A stretch of 64,000 bases of DNA from Oculina patagonica (Eukaryota): NCBI RefSeq assembly GCF_052425735.1, contig NC_135760.1, forward strand, positions 8,680,001 through 8,744,000, read 5' to 3'. Under the pieces are notes generated by a model. It saw only the letters and a program-made list of their open reading frames with translations. It ran no database searches and had not been told where the DNA came from. Shown piece after piece: positions 38,347 to 49,800 of the stretch (position 1 is the stretch's first letter; each line of letters opens with the position of its first letter). The position numbers and the translations under genes were made by a program.

Positions 38347-39143
38347 TTAAGCCAGTGAGCAGCACCTCTGCGAACTACTTGAGTTGAAAAACTTTGTTAT
38401 TCTCATTTACGTGTTTCGTGTGACAAACCCGAAAACTCGAACTCCGTTGATGGATTAGTATTTTTCCTGGGCGTTCCGGTTGGCAACTGCGTTACTTGCA
38501 TCACAACTGTGAAAATCAATTTCAATTTTATTATCTGAGCAACTATGCTAATAACCAGTTGTATTTAAATGGTAGAATATTTTATTGAATGGTAACAAAC
38601 AACACAACTACATTTACAAACATTTACAATATCAACAAAAAACTGAAAAAGAAATTCATACTAAATAAATAACAACAGCAAGAAAAGAAAAAAAAAAATC
38701 AAAAAGTAAAAATGTGGATTGCAATAGTAGCCATCTAAGCGGAATGTAAATATGGGTATGACTCTATCACTCCAAAAATCTTTTTCCCTGTACGCCATGT
38801 GCTGTTAATAATGAATAAAATAGAATTAATTTTGTTGTGGTTCGGTGTAATAATTAAGGCAATGTTTGGCATAGCAAAGAACAAAATCTCCCTGATGTAA
38901 TACGATGTTCTGATGGCTTCTGCGCATCTAGATCCGGACGCACGCAGTGTTCTGTGTATTGTAAAAGTAACATTAAAAAAGTCCGATCTCACATTGTAAA
39001 CGTTATTTGCCAAATGCATTTTTTTACACTAGTTGACAGTCTTATACCCCTAAAGTTACGGCTTGTTTAAAGACCTGCACATTAGTTGCATTATAGTCTG
39101 AAGATCAAAAACCGTTTGTGAAGCTCAAGGCTATTAAACACAC

Positions 39144-42100
39144 TTAGTTTGTACAATAACGAAGAGAACAGCCTGGGGTGGGTTTCAGTTTGTAGACATA
39201 GAACGATCCACAGTTGCGTATCGTTATGTATGTGAAATAGGTACAAGGACAAGATGAACCAGATTTTTTGCCGAAACACACTTTTCGAGAGACCCTGCCC
39301 TGTCCAACTAACGGATGTCCTCCAATTAACCACCCAGGGTAATGTGTGTTGCATTTGTGGACCTCGGCACAACTTTCGCTCAAGCGTCTGTTTAAAAACC
39401 TGTACCAGCCCACAACTAGACCACTGTCACAACCGTCGTAAGTATGTTTAATGTTCACTTGTCTTGTGTAATCATCTATCACTGTGTGACGGACGCATTC
39501 TGGTTTATTGGTACCTAAAAAAGTTCAATAGAAGAATTAGTATATTTTAAAGTGGGAGGTGCAGGGTCATACATAGCCTCCTCCGCAGGCAATTCCCTTT
39601 GTTACAGAAGGGAGACTGGGACTCAGCAAAAGAGCAAAAAAGGCAAGGGGGAGCGACAATCTCGAGCCCAGAATGTCCCACGGCTCCTCCGTCAGCGGTT
39701 GGTCAGCAGTAGCGCCGGGACACAGAGTCCATTCCTTACCGCTGACCGACGGACTCTGGGCTCAAGATTGGGGGGAGCGAGAGAAAGAAAACTCCCTCGT
39801 CCCAGTCTTCCTCTCTACAAGTCCCAGTTTTCTCTTTTTTCTCTGCTACCCCAGGAAACCCAATATTAAGGATTACAAGAAGTAGCCTGCGAAGGAGGCT
39901 ACGGATCATACAGTGAAATGTATTGAAGGGGAGTTTTATCGTGTATCAAATTCTTACATTGTGGTCCAGCATATCCACTCCATCTACCACTTGGCAAGCA
40001 TCGTCTGACTGCAGGACCAAACATAGTATATCCCGGATGACACAGGTACCTGACGTACTCCCCTACCCAGTAGTTGCTGCCGATAGGCATCGCATTTGAA
40101 GGTGTACCTGGTTTGCCACAGCTGGGTAGAACTAAAGCATGAGGACAATACTGTGAGTTACATATGTAGTGTACTGTTGTTAATCTGAGTATCATCAATG
40201 TCCGAAAATAGACCCACCCAAAAATAAGCCCACAAAAAAGCGTTTTGAACAAAACTAAGCGCAGGACTTAGAATTTAGGTGAACCAAGCATAACTGGTTT
40301 TCTTCGATTATTAAGTAAGTTAAAGCGTCCGATCAACACTATATCTTTCTAAAAGCTGAATTCCCACCCGAGTGTGCAAATATGGCATACGGGTCATTTA
40401 CTAATGCTGTATCACGAAGCGAACGATAAATGATAACACAAGGAAAACAAAGTAAGTTTCTGTAGTCAAAATAAGTTTAAATTTTCATCATTCTTTAGCA
40501 ACCCACTAGCTTGGTTGCTACAAATTATTTCAATAAAACAGTAGACTGTCCGTAAGCTCGACAGGAAAACGAAGCGGCGAAGCGTGTTTTGCTTCCTACC
40601 TGACTATCATGATCAAGATGAGGGCTAAAGAACGGACTGTTAACAGTCTGGACTCATTTGTTTGAAGGGCGGATAATGGTATCCACCGGATAGCGTTATC
40701 AGACCCTTGAACAACTGGGCCCTGGTTTGTGCAATGGCGGCTTACATATTTTTGAACTTGTTTCCACTGTGTCATTGTACACGTTACGAGCAACGCATAT
40801 ATAGGTGGCCTGGTCAGCGGGTTGAAATTCACCAATCACAAGCTCGCTGGTAAACTCGTCTTCGGTGGAGTTATTGACGACTTGTACTGTGACGTCATTC
40901 TTATACCACGTGACTGTGGGTAAAGGAGAACCTTTGGCGGAACACTTGACTCGGAGCGATTCCCGAATACCCGACACAGAGATTGAAGACGACGGTGTTG
41001 TGGAGAACATAGGAAGCACTAGGAAGATAAAGTTATTGCCAATGTCAGTACACTGTGTAGCGGCCAGTGCTCGAATAAACACGAAAACGACGACTACTGG
41101 AGTTTACTCGAGGTATTAAAGGCACCAAGAGGAATTAAGTAGTTTACGGACAAGAGTTTTAAATTGATCGGAAGTTTGTTGTCAGCAAAATCCAAGATCC
41201 TATGGTAAACTGAGATCAACAATACTAGAAAATCAAACCTAATATTCCGATCATTCCACGAAAAAGTTGCAAGACGATAGAAACCTCGAGCTTACCGTCT
41301 AATTGTTAATTAGCTAACATCCAGGGCACCGTCGTTACACACTGTAACTCAACTCTGTAAGATTTCGCGCCAAACCAAGTGAATACCGTATATACTCGAA
41401 TAAGCGCTTATTAAATTTTTGGCGCCTCAAGTGCGGCGCTTATTCGGGTGCGGCGCTTATTTGAGGGCGGCGCTTATTTAAAATTTGGACGCCACAAAGA
41501 ATCTTATCTTTTACAGTTATTGAAAAGAGCGTCTTTTGACCGTCAGTATTTGTCTCTTGCTGAGACAGAAGTGGCGCTAGCTGTCGTGGCAAAGTTTGCG
41601 GCCTTCACAACATTTACAGAACTACGTATTGTAAGAGTGTTGAATAGAAAAACTAATGGGCGAGCGATTAAACAATCACTCATACCTGCAAAACATCGCT
41701 TTTGATGCAAAGAAATGTTCAAGCTTGTTTTAGAGTTGTTTTGTAGTGCCGTTTAAAGTTAAACGAAATAAGAGCGCCGCATCGGGACTGCCGCGCTTAT
41801 TCGGGGGCGGCGCTTATTCGAGTAAATACGGTAGCTGAGGAAGGGAACGTCTGATCGAGTACTGGCAGTAACAATTAAGGATGAAAAGCACTTCTAAACT
41901 GCCTGTACTATAGGCTATAAAGAAACGGACTCTGATCGAGCTTTGACTAAACGCATTTACATTATAAAGTTAACGATTCTTTTCTTACTAGGCTTCTTTC
42001 TTTTACTTTCGTAGGTTTTTAGCATATAGTCGAAGCTCAAGTATATTAAGTTTAATATTGACAACATTATAGCTTACCAACAGGCTCGACTTTCAGGAAC

Positions 42101-45100
42101 GTTCCATGAATGATCATTCCATGTTTGTTCGTCACAGTACAGAAGTAAATTCCTCCATCGCTGCTTTCAGTGTTGTTTATGTGAAGGCTGCCATTACTTA
42201 CTGTACTTCGGTCCTGTGGGAGTGGTGCGGGGGGAGACCTGTTCCATTTGACCTCAGGGGTAGGGTAACCTACCACGTCACAATGCAGTTTTGTCGCTTT
42301 TCCCAGGAAACCGATTACTTGTCCTGGAGGAGTGGTGGGGAATCTTGGTGGTCCTAAACAGATAGTCACAGCAAGAATGATAATCAACGGGTGTTGATTT
42401 AGGTTAGCCCAGCGGCAAAAAGAGGTGCTTAAAATTTTCTAACCCGAGAGGTCTGGCCATGACTGATATCCTTGAAAGATGTAGCCAGTTGGGTATGATA
42501 ACACGTATGTCCAGGATTGAACGTACGCAAATATTGTTTATTTAGTACTTCATGTTTCACTGGGGTATTTGACATTTTATTATTACTTCATATTTGACAG
42601 AATCTTGTGTTTTGGTGAGCTTTTATCAGTGAGGACACCTTGTGATGCCTATCATAAAGAGCGTGCATCTCATTAGTGTTAAGCGTTAGGGACAAAGAAA
42701 GGAGAGTGGAAAAAGAAGCGAGGTATGTGGCGGCTATAAAAAAATAAAAAAAAAATTAATAACTTCAGTGTTAAAACCATGCCTTAATTCGCGCACTCCA
42801 CTTTAGACCTCAATGTGCAATTTTCTAGCTTTTTTAAGGTAATTCTGTACAGCACTCTGCACAGCACCATTTACCCTCCCCTATTGTATCTAAAGTAACC
42901 GAAAGCGAAACGAACTTACCAAAAACAATAAGTTTAACATGTGCTACTCGAATACCAAACACGTTTTCCGCGTGACACGTGATCTTTCCTCGATCTTTAA
43001 AGCGCACTTCCATTATCTCAAACGTTTCAGCGGTAGCCTTAAGTCGGCTTTGGTTACCATGGTTTCTGCCGTGTAAAGACCACGTGATCTTCGGAGCTGG
43101 ATTTCCGGAAGTAGAAATATTAAGTGACAGCTTGCTGCCCTCTCTGATGGAGATGGACTGTGGAATTTTGGACGTGAAACGAGGAGGAGCTGGGGACCAG
43201 AGAAAGTATGTGTGATAAGCTCTGAGAAAGTACACAACTATACCATATATAATGTAGCCTGCACAACAGGCGGTTTATTTTGCGGGTCGCGAGACACAGC
43301 GAACGCGAAGCGCGAAGGAAAAATACTTTTCATTAAACTGATGGGTGCAAACGATAGTTACTCGGCTACTAGTTTTATTGTTAATATTTCTACAGTTCCA
43401 GACGAACCAAAACGATACAATTATTGTTCAAAAAAAGGTGATAACTGACACGTTAGTTCCTTTACAGAGGTATCTTCAAACCGCTATAACTAGTATTAGA
43501 ACAACAGTGACTATAACATCTCACATCATCAGCAAGAACAACAGCAAAACCAACAAAAACCAGTGAAAAACAGTAACAGCAGCAACAACAACAACAACAA
43601 CAACTGGAAACCTCCACCCCTTTAATTTGTACTGTAATGGACGTACTTACCGAATTTCGTCATCTCTCTTTGAGTGTAAGCCTCTAATCGTTTGGCAAGC
43701 TTCTCGATGAATGTTATGTTCATGCTTGAGCTCTTTCCTGGCGACCCACGAGGACCTCTTCTTCCAGGTGGTCCAGTTTTACCAGCGGGTCCTGGACGGC
43801 CACGACGTCCGCGGGGTCCTTGTTCCCCAGGTGGGCCCTGAGGACCTAAAATTAATGATTGTTCAATTACTGTCAATTATTAATAATTGTGTTTAGGATT
43901 TTAGTATCATATGATTCACTGGTACATCCTTACAATAGCTTGCAAGCTAACTATCTTTCATCCATCTTCAGTTCGACATCGTCTTTCGATGTGCTGTTTG
44001 AATTGAGCCAATCAAAACCGATGCATACCGCGGCGGTGTTGGTTAACCCACAAGTTGGAAAGGTCATGCTTGTGGGCTGTGATTGGCGGATTTCAATCCG
44101 TCTTGTTTGTTTAGCACGTTGAAAGATGGATGTCGTTCAAAAACCGCTAAGCACGTAACACTGAAAGTGGGTGAAATTAAAAGACAGGTTATTAGGGAAG
44201 AGAGAAGAAAGTATTGCCTATTCTCCTAGGTGGGACTAAGTCTTTTCCAGCCACCCCTCTCCCCCCACCCTAGTATTTTTTATTCAGGTTTCCCAAAACC
44301 CGTTTATGCTTATCTGGCTATCTGGTTCAAGAGAGGCATACATTGAGGGAGTGCGTGAGGTTTTTTGGGGCAAGAATCCAACACAAGTCTCTATCGAACA
44401 AATACGAAATTCCCCGACATCTGTGACTACCCCAGGAGTTAAGCCGCGTTCACGCAATTCTTGAAACCGATCCCGATATAGGTACAAATCGACATTCAAT
44501 TTCCTTATAAGGAAACAGCTGATCTAAACTGACCTCTCATGCAGGCAAGCTTGCCAGTTCCGTTCACTGTGTTCATAACCTTCAGCAATAAAGAGAATAC
44601 CATTAATTATTTCAGAATAAGCGCACAACAGTAAGAAAATAGTGTTTTAAAACAGACTTAAAGTCAGCTTTTCGCCGTTTGAACAGCCACGAGTGAATAG
44701 ACATTTCTACAGACATTTTACAAGTTGATCTTCGCTTAATCAATGCCCTTTCACAGGAACATAATTGATAAAGTCGGAAATATTCCGAATATTATTAGAA
44801 ATGACTTTTAAAAAACTCAGTGACTCGCTTACCTGAAAATAGTTTAGCGCCTTCTGAAGGCAATCTGCGTTTATATTTTGCTTTGTCGCAGTTGTTTTAG
44901 ACGTCTTCTGGCTGAGTCGGCCATTTCCATCACTTCTACGATCACGAGAATGCTTGTCAACAGTCGCAGCTGTAGAAGATGGAATCTTCTCAGTCATGAC
45001 ATTGTTACTGTCACGAGTGGACAATTCGTGGCGAATAAACGACAGCTCACTCTCAAGGAAGTAAACTTTGTACGAGAGAACCGCAATTGAGAGGATCGTG

Positions 45101-45162
45101 AAAACAAGATGCAGAATTTGCACGACACTGGGGGATTTTGTAGAAGCTTTACTCGCCGTCAT
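39144..45162 (-). CDS. Array copy 4: TM-collagen-3xIg-CCP-D10C protein, 8 exons, ~644 aa
   Basis: Exons 45162-44833, 44579-44534, 43845-43651, 43189-42920, 42353-42078, 41018-40746, 40131-39958, 39514-39144. GT-AG, 1935 nt open. The only gap-free copy; I see no extra exon between Ig1 and Ig2. Confidence 0.9.
39574..39901. mobile_element. MITE with TAGCCTCCTCCGCAGGC termini
   Basis: tagcctcctccgcaggc .. gcctgcgaaggaggcta; present only in the CCP-D10C intron of copy 4. Confidence 0.7.
41386..41831. mobile_element. Tc1/mariner(pogo)-type MITE
   Basis: TA+CCGTATATACTCGAATAAGCGC .. GCGCTTATTCGAGTAAATACGG+TA; internal GCGGCGCTTATT repeats. Confidence 0.8.
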
Positions 45163-45899
45163 GTTTCGTTCAGCAGTGTTGGGAAGAAGTAACCTCAAAC
45201 TAACCCTGTGAGCTGAGTTGTCTTCAATAACAGTGGCGTAAAGCCAAGGTGAAATTCTAGACTCAGCACTTCCTCATAATTTAAATGCCTCAGATCTGTT
45301 CTCTCAGCGTGTCGGGATGAAAAGCAAAGAGATAATCAAAATTGGCCCCTCATGCATGGGAAAGTCAGGAAAGAGGGCATCACATAACAGTTCAGCGCTG
45401 CCAACGCAGCTGGACTCAAATAACAGGGTAGAATAAAACCATTAAAATTTCAGACTGATCATGAGTATGAAGATCTCGTACATGCATGGCCATTTTTTTT
45501 AGTTTGTCGTTAGTAATCTGTCTTTATCTAATTCCCTTAGTCATAATGATCTAGGCTATCATTACATCATTGGAGTTTTTTGTTTAGAAAACAATCGTTT
45601 AGGGGTTTTATCCAATTTGAAAAGAATTTTGCGCGACAAATAAATTACGTTTTGACAACTTTCCAATTGTTAGCATTTTTGCTAATTTATTTTCTTTTTC
45701 CTTGTAGTAAATTGAAATCAGATTCAATTGCAAACAAGTTCAAATAAACTCAAGGAAAGTACAATAATTGGTTTCCACAATCAGCGCGAGAAACACGCGT
45801 GTCCTCTCGCGCCGCGCTCGTACCGCTTATATTACCACGCGAGTTCTCGCGTCTCTTTGTTTTGTTCGTTTGAATAGAATTGTGGGAAATCCATTCAAG
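45163..45899. promoter_or_regulatory. Candidate bidirectional promoter
   Basis: 737 bp between divergent ATGs; CpG-rich acacgcgtg/ctcgcgccgcgc patch and a YY1-like AAGATGGCGG at the plus-strand start. Confidence 0.45.
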
Positions 45900-46814
45900 A
45901 TGGCGGACAAAACAAGGTCAGATAGGATTTTATATTCAAGATTCTTTCTGTACTTGACGTGGCTTCTTTCCAATTGGTAAGTTTTTTAGATGCACAAAAG
46001 GCAGTTTAAATGAGTTAACAGAAATTTTCAGAATGTGTATTTGCTACATATTTTCGATTTCAAAACTTTCCGGGATTCAGCTTGCAGACTGAGTCCCGGG
46101 CCGGGAGTCGGAAATATGAGATCTGCAAGCGATCAATAAAATCCATGATTGCTTGAAATCGACAGAATCAGTGGTGGAAAACTACCTAATATAACCAAAA
46201 ATGTTCCTCAAAATATGCAAAATTGATAGAATCATAGAATTTTGCATGCCCATTGCCCAAGAGTGTCGATTCACGAAATCGTGCCCTTCATAGTGGGGTT
46301 AAAAAAAAATGGACTGTCCCAATAAAGCAGATAAAGACGAGCTTCTCCTTACGGTCACCTCTCTAATACGGATACCTACTTATTACCTACAATTTCCTAT
46401 GTCACAACAAAATTCTCATATATTTTCTTTTAAAAAGAAAAACCTCTATAATGCGGACCCTTTACACTAGGGGAAGGGGGTACATTACAAAACAGTAACA
46501 ACTAGAAGCTCCATTTAGGATCCCAAGGGAAGCAATACTGCTCTTAAGTTGGCTTGAAAGGGTATTCAGCCACATGTGTGTCAACCTGATTTTTCTATCG
46601 AAAAGTGGTGACTGCTATGACGTCATAATCACCATGTTTTCCTAATAATTATAGTCTCGCATAGATATTCTTGAGTTGTCTGTATCTGTTGCACTAGTTT
46701 TCAATCTTTTATAATATTGGAACCATTATTGGGGAAAACTCTTTCAAGCCTGGTTGAGAGTCACTCCTTACAATCCATAAGATTGTAACCATAACCTTAT
46801 AAACTTAATTTTAT

Positions 46815-46855
<41 letters not shown>

Positions 46856-49800
46856 ACAATGGCGAGCCGATAGGCGAGCCATTGTAAACGGCCATACAGA
46901 TCGGACGCGAATATTTTATTCTACTTGTGAAACGAAAACAATAAATTGAATGCAAAGTATTGTTATGTGAATCAGTACAGATCTGTATCAAAAGTTAATG
47001 AATACTAATTAGCTGAGCAGGAGTTTGTATCAAAAGTTAATTCTATTGTTTGATTTGTATTGGGGTTTACAGTTGTGTACATGTGATCTGAATACTGTGC
47101 TGGGATTGGTTTGCACGCGCATGAATATTTAATGAATTTTACAAGTCATATATATTGTTTATTTCAGTTGTTATGTAGGGCCTCAAGAAATTCCACTTCC
47201 TGATACATTCATTAATCCCTCATTTCAAGTTGCGCATTATTTATGGTGAGTCAGAAGTGATCTTTACTTTGTCTGTGGTAATATCCTTCATTTATTTATC
47301 AATCATGTAATTTAGCATCCTCGGAGACCCAGGAGCAGTTAGTGGGGCAAATCGAAGGAATAAATTTCTGCCCGGTTATTCCTTCGTTTCGCCCCACTAT
47401 CTGCCCCTGGGTCTCTGAGGATGGTAATTTAGATGTATGTTGACCAATACTTAATCATCATGAATTTAAGGAAATTATGAACTGGTTCTCCCCTCTCTTT
47501 AAAATTAATGATTTTTTTTGTATAAAATTATATCGGGTCTGACCATTTCTCTTTAAATGAAGTACCAGAAGTGAAAGCTCTCATACATGTATTTTTTTAG
47601 GGAAGGAAAAACAACCCAAATAATAAAAGAACTTGACAAGGTACACAAGCCCTCATACATTTTGGCAACACCACAACACACGTTATACATATCAAGGTAA
47701 GAGAACATTGAAATAAAATAAGCATATTCAATTTGACTCAATGACTTATCTCTTTATGCTCCTAATTATAATAGTTATTATAATTTCAATTTCCTGTTCT
47801 TGAATTTAAGTATAATTATATATTTCTGCAATACCACTGTGTTGGCAATCCACACTTTCCCTGGTTTTGTTAATTCCTGAACAGCTTTTGTTTGTGAAAC
47901 CCCTAATATCTCCTGTGCATGCTTTCCTTGCCCCTCAAAAATCCACTGTTGCTCCCTGCAGTTCGCAGAAAATCAAATTTGTTCCATTCAAAAATGGGGC
48001 CCTTTATTTCCCCTTCTTCTTAAATAAATAAGCGCTGCCAGTTCAACCACCATGAATTTGGTTTAATCATCTTAAAGCATTTAAACATCCACATTGATTT
48101 AAACATCTTACAAAAATAAACAAAAACTAGACATGTGAAATTTTCATATGAGTAAAGTATGTTTGGGAGATTTCACAACCTTTCTGGGTGACTGGGAGAT
48201 TTAGTCCATATCCAGCAGATAGCCATTGAGAGTATCTGGGAGATTTGGCACTACCATCTAAAAGAACCTTACTTGAATGTATAACTCTGAGTTATATAGG
48301 CTGGACTAACATCTCTGAATTTCATTTCTTTCTTTTTTCATGCAATGGTGATTCAATGACAGCTTTTTACTCGACCAGGTAGGCAAATTGTTTTGATCAT
48401 GTATTTAATCTTCCCTTGGACTGGAAGAGTTATGATCATGATCACTTTTAAATTTAACTCACAAGCCAGGTGATGCTGTACCCTTTGCACACATTGCAGG
48501 CCTACATGATGACTGTCGTGGAGTTGCTGTGATAAACTGGAAACGAGTTAGAAGGCTAGGTTACCTAAAAAACTTGTGACTTTAGAAAATGTGTTGAGCG
48601 TACTTTTTGGACATTTCGTAGTTAAATATGGACTTTTTGTAGTAAACTTTGGACCTTTATAGTTAAATTTGGAAATTCCAGAAAATGTCCATACTCCCCC
48701 CACAGAAGTGGGGAGGACCAACAAATTTTAAGAAATTTTTTGAAGTTAAATTGGAATTTTCCCGAGGGATGGGGGGTTCTTATAAAAAATCCCTTCCTTG
48801 GAGGAGGTATGGATATTTTATGGAACTACACATTTGTATGTTTTAATATTCTGCAGGTTTTGTATGTGGCTGACACCAGACAAAAAGGAAGTCCAGCTGT
48901 TACATTTACTCAGGGTCACGGGCTTGATGGGCCATGGGGGATGGTTGCTGGTAAGAAACTGGACTGACTGTCTTAATTTGTAAATTATATGCAAAATGTA
49001 CTTACTGTTTAATAACAGTATAACGGTTACAATCATTCGACTATATATGCCTAAGTTTTTATGACACCATGTCTTCGCGGCCGTGTAAGAAAAGATAATC
49101 CTTCATCGACTTTTAGGGCCACTTAAAAATTTATTGTCTCTCCTTTTCTTTTTAAGCCCCAGAGATGGAATTTTCCATTTTCAGAATGAAAACCAAGGCC
49201 ATGGAAGTTTGAAAATTTGTGCCGTGGGAAGTCTATGACGTATTTGGTATATCTGGTTCTTCAATGACCGTCCGTCCACAAAATCCAGTTTTCATTCTCC
49301 TAAATGTTCGGCCCAGGCCTCTTGTAGGTTGAGTTTGGGTTGTGTTCTCCTAATGGTGAACACAATGATTATTATTACAAAGCTCTTTTCATGGCCTTCC
49401 TATAAACAGATGTTAGCCAATTTATTTATTATTAATAATAGGTAATAAAGATCATCAGGTTCATAAATTGTACATGATTTATCATGGTTCTATTTCAGAT
49501 GACAAGTACCTGTATGTAGCGAGTTTTACAACAGATCAGATACACAAGTATGACTTAAATACAAAAAGGTAAAAATTGAATATAATTTATGTCATTTACA
49601 AAGCTACAGCTGTACTAGCCTGAATCTGCAATTAGGGCACTTTAAATGACAGGTCTATGGCATAGGAAAACTGGATGTTTATTCTGCCTTATTCCACTGA
49701 AAATAATTTAACAAAGTCTGAGTCAAAGGGAGGTACTAAACCATGTTTAATTGGCTAGGTAATCAATAGTTTATTAATTAGCACTCTAAATTAGCCATTT

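Noticed and set aside
48300-48378. Longer exon 4 of the propeller gene (GWTNISEFHFFLFSC..)
   Set aside because: Needs a phase incompatible with both neighbours. The 16-nt form gives SFLLDQV, matching the other blades (SFTTDQI, SFLNDKV).
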